A DNA stretch of 63,381 nucleotides, filler included, from Stramenopiles sp. TOSAG23-2 (GCA_900128395.1; 7 parts of 7 records of this genome joined end to end with filler, not necessarily neighbours in it), one strand, 5' to 3'; positions 32,801-43,556 are shown, counted from the whole stretch's first letter. The notes: generated by a model from the letters alone, not told the origin. Numbers and translations: made by a program.

Positions 32801-35509
32801 AATGAAAACGATTTCGAATACACCTATCATGTAACATTATCGAAGCAGGAGCATAATGGAAAAAAATATTTAGGGTTAGATTTAGCTGCACCAAAAAGTT
32901 GGACGATGTCGTATGTAATGAAATTTTCTCGTCTTGAAGATGGTTCTATTCTTCCAGCAGAAAGATGTAATCGAATCAGACAAGGAGATTTATTGATGGC
33001 AGTTAATGGCATTGATGTGTCAAAAGCTGACTATGACCATAACGATACAATTAAACTATTAATCAAAGACGATATTCTTGAATTGACATTCAAGCGGATA
33101 TATGTGCATCAAGCGATACAAGAAAAAATTAAAGTCCCTTCATTAAGTACATATCGTTTGCAAGAAGTTGTACAAGAAGCACGAGTGACGTTAATGTCAG
33201 ACGAGCAGTATTATTCAAAAGCAGCATCGACGATATTGGAAAGACAAATTGGTAGAGCAGCATTGAAAGAGTTAAATTCTTCTTTGTTGAAAATCAACGC
33301 CTTGGCATTTTACAAATTAATAGCAAAAGAGATAGAAAATTGGGTATCAAGAAATGAACCTGGACCAGGAGCAAATCATTATCCAGATGGCTATATTGTT
33401 TTGTACAATACAATAGCTGATTTTGAAAATCAGATGTGTGACTGGGCTGGAGAAACGTGGAGGCAAGAATATGAAAAGCATGACGATGAAGACAACTTCA
33501 AACCGTTGAACTTGAAGGAATTATTTGGACGATACGTCGTTAGCTGGATCGAACATACATATGTTATTCAAACAACAAAATTTATTCCAAATATGTTCCA
33601 GATTGAAACGTGGGAGCCAGAAGTTGACGATATGTATCCTGCCACCAGTAAATCGTTTATGGTTACATTGAATACCTTAACAGAATCATACCAATTACTA
33701 CCGAATCATGACATGCTGAGCAACGTTGTAAGATTTGGTAAACAAGGATTGTGTGAATTGTTTAAATTTTATGCGAATCAAACGAAAGAAAGTTTTAGAA
33801 ACATCGCTTTGAAAATTAAAGAAGTGCAAAAGGTACCGTCAAGCACGGCGAAAGATGATCAATTAGCAATGTATACAAATAAATTATGTGTTCATATAAA
33901 TGCAGTATATCGATGTTGGAGTGATTTTATTGATGTATTAGGTGGTTTAAATCAAATCAGATCTGTTCATGGTTTTCTAGGCATGAGTGATAGCGACGAA
34001 GATGAGGAAGAGTCAGATGACATAATGCATAAACCTAGTATGGAGGGAAGTGATTGGGCTGATAATTTAAACGAAGAGGAAATTGATCCAACATCAAAAT
34101 TATTGACCCATTACGTGAAAGTACGTGTATTTTCTGCAAGTGGAATACCTAAAATGGATTATGGTGGTTTAAGGCCGGGTGATCCATATGTTCAAATTTG
34201 TGTATATGAAGAAGAAGCAGAAGTTGGAAATTGGTTCGAGACTTTCCAAACTAAAGTCATAAATGGTTCGCAAAATCCAGTATGGAATGAAAATTTTGAA
34301 TTTTCAGTGGTCGCGAAAAACGCAAAAGTGATTTTTCGAATACTAGATTATGATCACGGAAGCGAACCGGAGGTTATTGGTACGGTCTCCATCAATTTGC
34401 AGGATTATTTTTATCAGGCTGGGGAAAAAGCAGGGGGACCGAAAACATTTAAAATACAACCACCATCATCACTTGATTCACAAACTCATATATCTTCTTC
34501 GAATAAACTAAAAGCCAATGACACTAATCGTGGCGAAATAGTTCTATTGCTAGTCTCTCGTGAAATTGAGCTAGGAGGTAGCACTTTGCGTTACATTGAT
34601 AATACAATCGATAATATGATTTGTGAGCCTGGATGGGGGTTGATTGATGCACATGTTGATAAAATACGTGAGCTTATAGAAGATTATCTATTTGATAAAA
34701 AGAAAAAATTTCGGAAATTGCCAAAAAAGATAGAAGACATTAAATACCAAATGGTTGAGGAACGCATAGATGATCTGATTGGATTAATGGCATGGTGTAT
34801 TAATTTAATACATGGAAACTTGCACGAGCGCAACTTTGCACGTGCACTATTGCGCATATGGCGTGTCACAATAGATCTATTTATTCAATTTTTATTACCT
34901 ACGCTTGATCGTGCGTATCCACATTTAAAAAAGAAAGATTCTTGGTCTTCATGGGGTTTTTCTATTACGAAAAAGAAGAAAACTTCATTTGATGCAATGA
35001 AATTACCACCAGTAAAAGATCGCATTAAGCATATTGACTATTTAAATGATGTACAAGTGCATATGATTACATTAGCATATGAAGAAATATTTAGTTTATT
35101 AAATTGCGACGGTGCTAAAGCTGGATTAAAAGAGAAAAAAGCGAAAGAGCAATTAGGTGATGACTTATTAATGTTGATAGAAATGTGGAATATAATCGAT
35201 ACAAATCCAGCAGAGTTAGAACAAACTGTTACGATGAAGACAAGTAATATTGCAGCTCAAATGGTGTTAAGAGAAGGGGAAGCAATGGAAACTGGATGGG
35301 ATGGTAAAGCTGGCCGAGAATGGAATAAATTGAATGATTCCAAGACGCACCTTCACCATTTACTATTGTACGCGGCGTATTTTAAACGTAACAAAGACGC
35401 TATCAATTATGTTGAAAGTGGTGACTTTTTAGCAAATACAAAGCGTAATGGTGGTATTCGTTTGATTAGCCGCAATAGTGGTAGTTTTGTGGAACATGAG
35501 AATTGGTAG
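29852..35509 (+). CDS. Munc13-like (MHD1-C2-MHD2) protein with PDZ domain(s)
   Basis: PDZ (LGLDL...IRQGDLLMAVNG). C2 (GDPYV, TKVI..SQNPVWNENFEF, ILDYD). MHD1-like LFGRYVVSWI...ETWEP and MHD2-like NL...NFARALLRIW. Confidence 0.72.
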   Translation: MTSVNTSIESPSRSDSEEPVVDDAAIAHKLKGHRAKIAGIIKDNSKKSKTTKFKYLATKEELQKLKPQTSIGAGVTLEVAERRVRRITTGEAILDSDDNNNNTNNESTYSGIHTVRTNEDINGLTDLNEEEKNYEDEDGPEEIIDFMKVDSFSQLNSARPADYDSDDENAKPKQNSSKTKAAPPTRKSDIFIGVDEVVDDDGEDLDEIGNLRSIHDIIANKNHSTGSKLRKQESEIDGRFNYATGCDGAQVVYRQCIGSCLIPIFSILKEQPSKPKFAIDWETAMVKKMSAMLEYVKKIFRTSDANHKMMTESICNNILCDGYSSDDFFLTERLLTPSCVEDFDIPENRVNALIRVCQSRMQSIIAALKEKPLVIPERFKTKNDCDKRIIYEIKRLDTHVKQLDKSLYNKQTVKPKLVKKPTTEMFESEVPNVPKPTCFGCLAETKAAKAAREVERNEMLKAMVQEEEKRIRNEEEKEARRVEALPPPCLEFDVKTETFHPTHADDTDVAEGRYLLLLKILLQSDNKHMVTPETSDAFTYDFASSNVQFLESVSADNRVKDQSSARSLKVALSSHTSLRKFASEQFYEDVKGVHALKKIDDLGIEVLQNFAMYYGVDEIHESVMHAIVYMQSFRGAMSLVMQPQIYRSEHVMCLTNCLHNLFNQIVTTRALKKREEFIIQQHLLINVESIIDDAIRNYFKLYPSDKTTGLSEFEDLLRLNVIYYRVQQVILHLHEKEINLKKLNHSATILMWKDIERCLKTRSKEIFQSFKTNINDDKDVLWEYCQKKNFTHTEQWVLFSHQDTMDLALAYVNNDLSKIELSNNITVDLKTFERCNDDGTHISKIRGKVNGVEATPLYAVRWGEAYTVVLEEEKITFSLCYDVYSRKIIVEDIDVFEDEEKKKEVEEKERLDHNKASNRNSDNNNNNNNNIEINTGLSIGDHLAYVGDWPTAGTPLGAVYSHLAAVKRPVTLRLYSTVNAAQQNENDFEYTYHVTLSKQEHNGKKYLGLDLAAPKSWTMSYVMKFSRLEDGSILPAERCNRIRQGDLLMAVNGIDVSKADYDHNDTIKLLIKDDILELTFKRIYVHQAIQEKIKVPSLSTYRLQEVVQEARVTLMSDEQYYSKAASTILERQIGRAALKELNSSLLKINALAFYKLIAKEIENWVSRNEPGPGANHYPDGYIVLYNTIADFENQMCDWAGETWRQEYEKHDDEDNFKPLNLKELFGRYVVSWIEHTYVIQTTKFIPNMFQIETWEPEVDDMYPATSKSFMVTLNTLTESYQLLPNHDMLSNVVRFGKQGLCELFKFYANQTKESFRNIALKIKEVQKVPSSTAKDDQLAMYTNKLCVHINAVYRCWSDFIDVLGGLNQIRSVHGFLGMSDSDEDEEESDDIMHKPSMEGSDWADNLNEEEIDPTSKLLTHYVKVRVFSASGIPKMDYGGLRPGDPYVQICVYEEEAEVGNWFETFQTKVINGSQNPVWNENFEFSVVAKNAKVIFRILDYDHGSEPEVIGTVSINLQDYFYQAGEKAGGPKTFKIQPPSSLDSQTHISSSNKLKANDTNRGEIVLLLVSREIELGGSTLRYIDNTIDNMICEPGWGLIDAHVDKIRELIEDYLFDKKKKFRKLPKKIEDIKYQMVEERIDDLIGLMAWCINLIHGNLHERNFARALLRIWRVTIDLFIQFLLPTLDRAYPHLKKKDSWSSWGFSITKKKKTSFDAMKLPPVKDRIKHIDYLNDVQVHMITLAYEEIFSLLNCDGAKAGLKEKKAKEQLGDDLLMLIEMWNIIDTNPAELEQTVTMKTSNIAAQMVLREGEAMETGWDGKAGREWNKLNDSKTHLHHLLLYAAYFKRNKDAINYVESGDFLANTKRNGGIRLISRNSGSFVEHENW

Positions 35510-35585
35510 AGAAGGGAAGAGAGTACAAATTTTTTTAAAAAATCGTAATTATCTTGTACGTCTACACAGTATCATACGAATATTT

Positions 35586-38500
35586 TTAATCTTTACTAAA
35601 TCCTGTCATAGCATCATCAGGTTTGATTGCATCAACAACTGGTACTTGATATCCATCAGGTGGGGTCCATGCAACTGCATCCCATACAGGAAGTGCTACT
35701 GCTGTTGCAGATACATACAATAATGGATGTGTCACAGTTGCTTCGACTAAAACTTCACCAACTGGGATAGAACAAATTCGTTTATTCAATTTGTTAAATT
35801 CTTTGGCATCTTCATAATGTATAACATCATCAGATGGATCTGGGTCTGTACATGGATAACGTAATCGTGCATTTGGTATTAACTTTTGCCTTGGTTCGAT
35901 TCGGTTTGCAATTCTACCAGCAAGGGCTACCAATCCATCACCTAGTACAGCTTCCATTTTTTTAAATGATTCATTTAACTTTTTCAATTCTTTGCTAGAT
36001 GCTGTTAGACCGGATACACATGGGCATTTGTTTATAAAAGCAGTAGTTGAATTCCTTGCAGATATTAAAGCAGCAATAATGTTTGCTGCTGTTGCTTTAA
36101 CGATCGGATTTGTCCTTGCTTCTGGCCCCAACGATTCAAAATATAATCGAATACTGTCGTATACAGCAATTCCATCAGCTTTCTCTTTGAATTTACTAGC
36201 CTTTGCATCTACTAATGCCCTTTCGCAAGTATCACGCAATAAGGAAAGCATTAACCATTTGAAATTGACATTCACCGCAGGTACTTTTTTATTGCAACAA
36301 TCAATAACTCCAGGAGCAATATATTCAGGCGAGACAAATTTCATATTGGATAGAAAATCATTTCTGGAAATATATCGACATTTAATCCAAGCTGGTTGTG
36401 CAGATAATAATGAAACAAATGCAAGTCCCCACGGGGTTGACAAATCAATTGGTTTACCTGATGGTATAAAGCTTGTCACCCCATCAAGTACCTGAGTACT
36501 AAATGGCAGCTCTGCAACGGATAGTGTACCTTCATTGTCACCATTATTTACACAAATTAATTGGGAATGTGCAGGTAAAATGGATTCATAGAATTCAACA
36601 CCATCCAAATGCATTCCAAAACAACTTTTAGTATAAGCTCTCCTGGGCATGTTGAAATCTACAACTGCTTGATGGGTTACTCCTTGTGGGCTTTGTTTTT
36701 GAAGCAATTTGTTATACAGCATTGCCGCGCTTATAACAGATTTTGTCTCTGTTTCTGCATTGCTTAAACAAGCTACTTGCCCTCTGCAGCTAGGTGTAAT
36801 GCAAGGCCCACATGCAATGTAACCAATTTGTTGCGGCGTTTTTGGATTTAAATAATCAAACCGTAAGTGGGATAAATCTTTCGAATCTCCACCAATTACG
36901 ATAATTGATGTATTTTGAAATGCAAAGTGTGTTTCAACATCTTGATGATACAAATCTTTGGCACCAATTACACCTTTAAAACAGGGTAAAATAACATGTG
37001 CAGCTCTTCCTACCCAACTTAATTGCGCAGCTGCAGTTAAGCGTTTATATCGACCAATGTCCCAAGCAGAATTCTGTAAGCCACATAAATTAAATAAATA
37101 TTGCCAAGCCAGGAAATTTTTCCTATCAATTTTGTTGCTAGTAATTAACAAGACATCATATGCTTTACTTGCATCAAAGACAGGGACAATCCGTATTTTC
37201 CTTGTATATCTTGAAATTGGTTTACCACGTAATTTTAATAATCCTTCAATAGAACTATCTTTGAATAAATTATTGCCAGCAGCACGTGTTGTTTTAATTG
37301 GAATTTGAGCAACAACTTCAGATTTAGCAGCAATTTCGGTGAACGTAACAATACATTTTTGTGAATTTATGACCTTCCACGCATATCCTACACCAGTTCC
37401 ATTAGGTTGTAAAAACGTCATTAGCTGATCTGTAGAAAGTTCTATTTCTACTTTGCCAGTTTTAGTATTTTCACCATATGGTTTGGTACTGATGTTTTTT
37501 ATTGCAATATTTAATATTGACTTTTCGTTTGGGCCTAGCAATTCTGGTGGATTGAAATTTGTTACTCTTGTAGGATACATTACACGTACAACAGCTTTCA
37601 TTTCACTATCTTCGAACAAACGGCCAATCATGGTGATTGATGGACTTAAAACAACTTCACTAACATGTGGTTGATTTAATGAAATTGGAGCATCTTGAAT
37701 TTGAAATTGTACCACACCATCTACCTTACCAATGGTTCCTTTCTTTACAAGTGGAAGTTGTTTAATTGGTTGACTAATTACTTTCAATGCAGGTGAGTAA
37801 CTTCTTCCAGTGCAAATGCTGCCATCAGGTAATGTGAAGTCACCATCGTTTTTGAATACAATTTTTTTCATTGCAAAAGTAGTATTTGGTTCCATAATTG
37901 TATCCGAATTTTCATCTAAAAGATAATATTCAGATACAGTTACATTGAAACGGTCTGAACCTTTTTCTCCTCCGCATATTATAGTAACTGTTCCATTGTT
38001 TCCATCTCGACCATTGCGACCTGCTCTTCCATTTTGGCCTCTACTTCCTGACCGGCCAGAGCTCCCAGATGGCCCTGTAGAGCCATTTGATCCTCGAGAT
38101 CCAGCACTTGTTGTAATTTTACCATCTTTGTCCCGACGAGCTGGTCCGCCTGAGCCTCCACTACCTCCTCGACCACCTCTTCCTCCAGAGCCACCACTAC
38201 CGCCTGCCCCGCCTGCGCCTGGGCCTTGTTGCCTTCCACCAATTCCTTTACGGGCATCAAATTCAAAAATTGCAAGATGCCGTAGATTTGTCAAAGTTAA
38301 TGTAATTTTTCCAGCATTACTTCCATCTGTTGAATTTCCAGAGTCTCCTCCCCCTGCCCCATTACCTCCATTTCCGCCGTTACCTCCACGTCCACCGTCC
38401 CCTCCTCTTCCGCCGTTCTGACCAGCTCCAGATGCATTATGGCCATTGGAACCGTCTCTACCAGCGCCACCCATCCCACCTCTTCCGCCATGTCCACCTT

Positions 38501-40649
38501 TACCTCCTCTCCCACCATGCCCTCCATCACCACCATGTGTATCAATTAAAATTTTACCATTTGGTGGTAAATTGTAGTCACGCCCAGCAACGTTAACTTT
38601 AGTACCACTGTCGTTTCCATTCACATTCAAATTTAGATCCTTCGCAGCAGATGAAGGTGTTGCATCGCCACCTCGCATCCCAGGCGTTCCATTTTGACCC
38701 TGTCCACCATTCCCTCCGCCATAGCCACCTGTCATTCCTGATGCCCCATTTCTTCCATTTATACCATCCTTTCCATTCTTACCAGTTTGCTGGCCACCAT
38801 CAATAATAGCTGCATAATTTCGTCGAGTAATACCAGCACGATTTGCTGTGTCATAGACACGTGCAAAATTATTGCCTCTAGCGCGTCTACCCATGCTCGA
38901 TATATCACCAGCTCGATGACCATTCGTAGTTTGCGTCGTCACTTTCAATTCCACATCTTGTAATATTTGATTAACATTATAAGAGAATATATTAATCACT
39001 TGTTGTACAGTTCTTTGTATTGCAGTGATAGCCTCTGTATCAAATCTATAACGCTCGTCTTTCTCCCGTTTTGCCTCTGCTTCAACATATTTTGTACCAT
39101 CTTTTGATTGTGTTAGCATTGCTCCGCATTGTAAACATTGAAAAACTAATATACCAGGAGGTTTTTTCACATTTTTTGAACATCGAGGACATTTACTAAA
39201 TGCTAATTCGATATTAACGATAGTATCTTTCCCTTGCGTCGTTTTTAATGCTTCCCCAACAAGTGCAGCACTAATTTCATCCTTTTCTTGATGCATTGGA
39301 TTGGTAGTTCCTCCATTCCAATATTTAAAGGCCTCTCCGTTGTAATCTTTCATTGCTGTGTAATGTAAGTACAATTTCAACAATTCGTTCACTGTTATGA
39401 TAAATATCAGAAGCAAAATTAAAGTAGAAAATGTTGTATCAGGTGCAGGACATTTTTCATCATTCTTTCCCATTGCATAAATTGTCCAAGAACCAATATT
39501 TTTCATTACATTATCTGTGCCCGACATTATGTAATTTATATATATTGGAGTAAAGGACTTGCTACTCTCACTACTTCTAGAGGAAACCATATTATTTGCC
39601 CTTTCAACCGTTGGTACATAATTAATTTCTTCGTCACTGTTACTTTCACCAATCTTTAAACATTTATCTAGATTTGACACCACACGGGTATGGCATTGAT
39701 AAAATGTTACTGATTCAGGCTTGTATGTTGTTTGACTATCTCCCGAACCAGATGTCCATTTGATTTTATAACTGTAATGGCTTCCACCACTACCATCATC
39801 ACATAATTCAAGATCAGTTCCATCTTGCTTATCATTTATGTAAACATATATAGATCCCTGTTTCGATACAGCCTTATATCTTTTATATAACCTATTGTCT
39901 GTATTTGCAGCGTAAATGATAATGTAACGATATGATGATGATGATGAATCCACCGTATTTGAAGGAATAGTGATACTACTAATTGTGCGTGAATTCCCAC
40001 TTGTACTACTTGGCACGACGCCATTATTTTCATTCTTAGTCAATGTTCTACAATCATTTGCTTCAGCGGTGCTGTATTTATTTTGCTTACAATCATAGAT
40101 CACATATTTTTGATTGGGTAGCTCAGGATCAACTTCAAACTCAAAATTATGAGTTGAACCTTCAAAAACTTCTGGGTTGTATCCTTGTATCCAGGAAGAC
40201 GTAATACTAGTGATCTGAGTTTCATCATATAATTTGTACCCAGTATAAAAACGATCATTTGAGTAGGAAGTTGAACCTTCTGGGTAAAAAAGCAAGTATC
40301 GAGGAGAAGAAGAAAAAGGGTTGAACTGTTTTAAACCAGTTTTATCAATTTTCCAATCATACGTTGTTACTTTAGCGGCTAAAGTGGTTAACTTCAAACA
40401 CCGTGAGCTACGGGTGGAAGCGCTAATAGTGTAAGAATAACACTCATAAATATCAATTCCTGTTGCTGTATTAGGATCAACCAAAGTAAAATTTAGCGTC
40501 TGTGTTTGACCAACGGCCCATTTAGACATTTTGCTTTCTTGTGATACCTTCGCTGGATTATACGTCCCACTAACTGCCGGGGAAGCATTTCCGACAGAGA
40601 AAAATGTTGCAACTGAAATAATTAGTAACAGTGATACTACAATTTTCAT
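35586..40649 (-). CDS. Large type I membrane protein: signal peptide, beta-rich ectodomain, TM helix, CxxC zinc ribbon, Gly-rich repeats, globular C-terminus
   Basis: 1687-aa ORF; MKIVVSLLLII signal; TM TLILLLIFIITV; CPRC...CLQC; GGxGGxGG tracts. Confidence 0.8.
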   Translation of the reverse strand: MKIVVSLLLIISVATFFSVGNASPAVSGTYNPAKVSQESKMSKWAVGQTQTLNFTLVDPNTATGIDIYECYSYTISASTRSSRCLKLTTLAAKVTTYDWKIDKTGLKQFNPFSSSPRYLLFYPEGSTSYSNDRFYTGYKLYDETQITSITSSWIQGYNPEVFEGSTHNFEFEVDPELPNQKYVIYDCKQNKYSTAEANDCRTLTKNENNGVVPSSTSGNSRTISSITIPSNTVDSSSSSYRYIIIYAANTDNRLYKRYKAVSKQGSIYVYINDKQDGTDLELCDDGSGGSHYSYKIKWTSGSGDSQTTYKPESVTFYQCHTRVVSNLDKCLKIGESNSDEEINYVPTVERANNMVSSRSSESSKSFTPIYINYIMSGTDNVMKNIGSWTIYAMGKNDEKCPAPDTTFSTLILLLIFIITVNELLKLYLHYTAMKDYNGEAFKYWNGGTTNPMHQEKDEISAALVGEALKTTQGKDTIVNIELAFSKCPRCSKNVKKPPGILVFQCLQCGAMLTQSKDGTKYVEAEAKREKDERYRFDTEAITAIQRTVQQVINIFSYNVNQILQDVELKVTTQTTNGHRAGDISSMGRRARGNNFARVYDTANRAGITRRNYAAIIDGGQQTGKNGKDGINGRNGASGMTGGYGGGNGGQGQNGTPGMRGGDATPSSAAKDLNLNVNGNDSGTKVNVAGRDYNLPPNGKILIDTHGGDGGHGGRGGKGGHGGRGGMGGAGRDGSNGHNASGAGQNGGRGGDGGRGGNGGNGGNGAGGGDSGNSTDGSNAGKITLTLTNLRHLAIFEFDARKGIGGRQQGPGAGGAGGSGGSGGRGGRGGSGGSGGPARRDKDGKITTSAGSRGSNGSTGPSGSSGRSGSRGQNGRAGRNGRDGNNGTVTIICGGEKGSDRFNVTVSEYYLLDENSDTIMEPNTTFAMKKIVFKNDGDFTLPDGSICTGRSYSPALKVISQPIKQLPLVKKGTIGKVDGVVQFQIQDAPISLNQPHVSEVVLSPSITMIGRLFEDSEMKAVVRVMYPTRVTNFNPPELLGPNEKSILNIAIKNISTKPYGENTKTGKVEIELSTDQLMTFLQPNGTGVGYAWKVINSQKCIVTFTEIAAKSEVVAQIPIKTTRAAGNNLFKDSSIEGLLKLRGKPISRYTRKIRIVPVFDASKAYDVLLITSNKIDRKNFLAWQYLFNLCGLQNSAWDIGRYKRLTAAAQLSWVGRAAHVILPCFKGVIGAKDLYHQDVETHFAFQNTSIIVIGGDSKDLSHLRFDYLNPKTPQQIGYIACGPCITPSCRGQVACLSNAETETKSVISAAMLYNKLLQKQSPQGVTHQAVVDFNMPRRAYTKSCFGMHLDGVEFYESILPAHSQLICVNNGDNEGTLSVAELPFSTQVLDGVTSFIPSGKPIDLSTPWGLAFVSLLSAQPAWIKCRYISRNDFLSNMKFVSPEYIAPGVIDCCNKKVPAVNVNFKWLMLSLLRDTCERALVDAKASKFKEKADGIAVYDSIRLYFESLGPEARTNPIVKATAANIIAALISARNSTTAFINKCPCVSGLTASSKELKKLNESFKKMEAVLGDGLVALAGRIANRIEPRQKLIPNARLRYPCTDPDPSDDVIHYEDAKEFNKLNKRICSIPVGEVLVEATVTHPLLYVSATAVALPVWDAVAWTPPDGYQVPVVDAIKPDDAMTGFSKD

Positions 40650-40811
40650 CTTACTTTAATAAATATGAAACAGAAATCAAATAGGTATAAACACGTACAA
40701 GCCACCTATTATATATCAACTAGCTATATGTACTAACTTTCCTCTTTTCAAGCGTTAGGTTTCGTAACTTTAAAATTGTTATTATATTATTATTATCCAC
40801 TATTACGTATA

Positions 40812-40936
40812 CCAAATAAATAAGTTATATATATATATATACACCATATGATTAAAACGTACGTTATTCTTGTCCAAATAAATAAGTTATATATATATAA
40901 TACCATATGATTAAAACATACGTTATTCTGATCCAA
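40812..40936. repeat. Imperfect intergenic tandem duplication (about 62 bp x2)
   Basis: CCAAATAAATAAGTTATATA...ACCATATGATTAAAAC.TACGTTATTCT occurs twice. Confidence 0.85.
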
Positions 40937-41325
40937 TGGGTTCTATTCAAATATATTATCTAATCAGTTAAATATTAACAAAATATAGAATTATTATATT
41001 AATATTATTAAAGGTGCAAAGTAATTGCAACGCAATTTTAAAAAAATAATTCGGCACATTTGTACACAAATTATTATCAATCAACAGGTACACACCATTG
41101 TGGATTTTTTCCTTATTAATATAATAGCATGGGAGAATTGCGGCCAAAGTGCCAAAGTGTAGTGGCCGAACCTCAACTAGAAAAAAGATATGGGTGATGT
41201 GCATGCAAGATGCAAAAATATATATATCTATATAATGCTGCAAACAGAAAGAGATCTTTGTATATGTCAATATATACATCTCTCTATCTCTCTATATATA
41301 CAACATCTCCAAATATACAAATAAG

Positions 41326-42555
41326 ATGACATCGATAATAACAAATAATGAACGAAAGGCACAGAAAAAAATAGCGTTACTAGGCAGAATAGATGCAAGA
41401 CCTGGAAAATCAACATATACTGCTGACCGCTTTCACAAATTATCAAATGCTTTGAAAGAAAAACATATTCATGCAACTAGTATTATGTATAGCAATAATA
41501 CAGCTAAAGAAACTGAAAAAGAATTATTAAATTTCGATGCCGTATTAGTATGGATAAATCCAGTAAGCCCAACTTTAGATGGCAATCAAGAGTCAAGAGG
41601 TGGTGATGATGGATTAGATGCAATGTTACGACGTGTTGCTAGCAAAGGTGTTATTGTAAGTGGTAATCCTGAAACAATAAAAAAGATGGGTACTAAAAAA
41701 GTTATATTTGATACAAAAGAGATGTCTTGGGGTTTAGAAGATACTAATTATTATCGGACATTTGATGAATTTAAGAATAATTTTGCTAAAAGCATATTAA
41801 AAAAACGTGATGTAATTTTAAAAATGCAACGAGGTAGTGCTGGTAAAGATGTATGGCGATTAACTTTAATAATATCAGATCATGAAAATCCAGAAGATCC
41901 AACATTTTTGATGTTACGAATGCAAAATGCTGGAAGTGATACTGAAGAGAAAATTTTATTAATAAATTTATTCAATCTATTGGAAAAATGGATGAAGAAA
42001 ACAGGTTCAGGTGGAATTGTCGAAATGCAATTTTTACCACGTATTGCAAATGGAATGATAAGATGTTATATGTTTCAAAATAAATGTGTTGGAATTTTAC
42101 ACCAATTACCAAAAGAAGAAAATAATTTTGATTTTAATGTTGATGGAAAGAATTTATATCCAAACTTAAACGTTTCCAACTCTGGTAAATTTAATACAAA
42201 TGGATTGCCTGAGGGAAGTAAGATACATTCTAGAGAGACACCTGCATATAAAAGTTTAATAGAAAAACTGGAAAAGGAATGGTTGTTGCAACTTGCCAAA
42301 GTAGTACAATTACCTGCAAACATTTATCATCATGAGGTCAAAAACCAACAAGAAACAAATACGAATATTAGAAAATCAAAAGTTAATGGACTGAAAGATA
42401 TGTTGCCAGTAATATGGGATATAGATTTTATACAAGGAAACGACGATGATGAATATAAATTATGTGAAATTAATTGTAGTTGTGTATTTCCTAATTCATT
42501 AGTAAATGAAATGGCTGAAGCAATTGATCAATGGTTTATTGAATATATTATTTGA
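41326..42555 (+). CDS. Cj0069/DUF6815-like ATP-grasp protein
   Basis: VLVWINP, LDAMLR, KMGTK, MIRCYM, IWDIDF and YKLCEINCSCV motifs. Confidence 0.72.
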   Translation: MTSIITNNERKAQKKIALLGRIDARPGKSTYTADRFHKLSNALKEKHIHATSIMYSNNTAKETEKELLNFDAVLVWINPVSPTLDGNQESRGGDDGLDAMLRRVASKGVIVSGNPETIKKMGTKKVIFDTKEMSWGLEDTNYYRTFDEFKNNFAKSILKKRDVILKMQRGSAGKDVWRLTLIISDHENPEDPTFLMLRMQNAGSDTEEKILLINLFNLLEKWMKKTGSGGIVEMQFLPRIANGMIRCYMFQNKCVGILHQLPKEENNFDFNVDGKNLYPNLNVSNSGKFNTNGLPEGSKIHSRETPAYKSLIEKLEKEWLLQLAKVVQLPANIYHHEVKNQQETNTNIRKSKVNGLKDMLPVIWDIDFIQGNDDDEYKLCEINCSCVFPNSLVNEMAEAIDQWFIEYII

Positions 42556-42734
42556 ATTTTTTAAGTGTTATAAAAGATGTAAATTTACTCACATGAGATA
42601 AAATTCCTTACTCTCCACCACCAGAAATAATACAATATAACTGTGGCAATAATATATCTAAGATTATATATGCATATATTAAAATATTTACTAATATTAT
42701 ATATGATATATCCTCGCCTCCTTTTCTCATTTTA

Positions 42735-43556
42735 CTACAATTTCCCGATATTTCCTTTAAATCGTGGATCACGTCCTAAAGGTCCACCAAATGAACCACC
42801 ATGGACTTCTAATATCGAACCGGTGGTATAACTGGAAGCATCTGATGCAAAATATAAAGCAGCACCTATAATTTCTTCTGGTCTTCCAGCTCGTTGCAAT
42901 GCAATTGAAGTTTTCCAACCCGGTTCCATTGCTTTAATATCCCATGCCTTAGATATATCTGTCAAGAATGGCCCTGGCATAATGCAATTACATCGAACTT
43001 TTGGCCCATATGAAACTGCGATTGCTTTTGTATAATAATTCAAAGCACTTTTCGCAGCACCATAGACAGTAGCACGAGCATTTGGATTAATGGTTTCTGC
43101 AGTTGAAACATTGATTATTGATCCACCATTATCTTGTGTACACATTTTAGTTGCAAATAAGGTAGACAGCCGAAATGGTCCTTTGAAATTTAGACTCATA
43201 ATTTTATCGAAATATTTTTCATCAATATCAACAAGAGATGGATATAATGGACTACCTCCAGCATTATTGACTAAGACATCACAATGATCAAATTTTTTCA
43301 TGGTTGTTTCATACAAAGCATTGCATGAGTCCCAACTGGATACATTACATACTGCTGGTACACATTTACAACTTGGAAATTTTGCCATAATCTCTTTTGC
43401 TAACGTTTTGCAATTACCAATTTTTCTTGATGCAATAACTATGCCTCTTGCACCGTTTTCAGCAAATGCTTGACACATTTCTCTTCCCAAACCACGGGAA
43501 CCTCCAGTTACAACACATATTTTATTATTTAAATTAAATATATTTTTCGTCGACAT
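42735..43556 (-). CDS. Short-chain dehydrogenase/reductase (classical type)
   Basis: TGGSRGLG, NNAG, YGAAK, PGPFLTD; C-terminal GKL. Confidence 0.92.
   Translation of the reverse strand: MSTKNIFNLNNKICVVTGGSRGLGREMCQAFAENGARGIVIASRKIGNCKTLAKEIMAKFPSCKCVPAVCNVSSWDSCNALYETTMKKFDHCDVLVNNAGGSPLYPSLVDIDEKYFDKIMSLNFKGPFRLSTLFATKMCTQDNGGSIINVSTAETINPNARATVYGAAKSALNYYTKAIAVSYGPKVRCNCIMPGPFLTDISKAWDIKAMEPGWKTSIALQRAGRPEEIIGAALYFASDASSYTTGSILEVHGGSFGGPLGRDPRFKGNIGKL

Noticed and set aside
37945-38596. Pro-rich plus-strand ORFs
   Set aside because: Antisense shadows of the Gly-rich coding tract.
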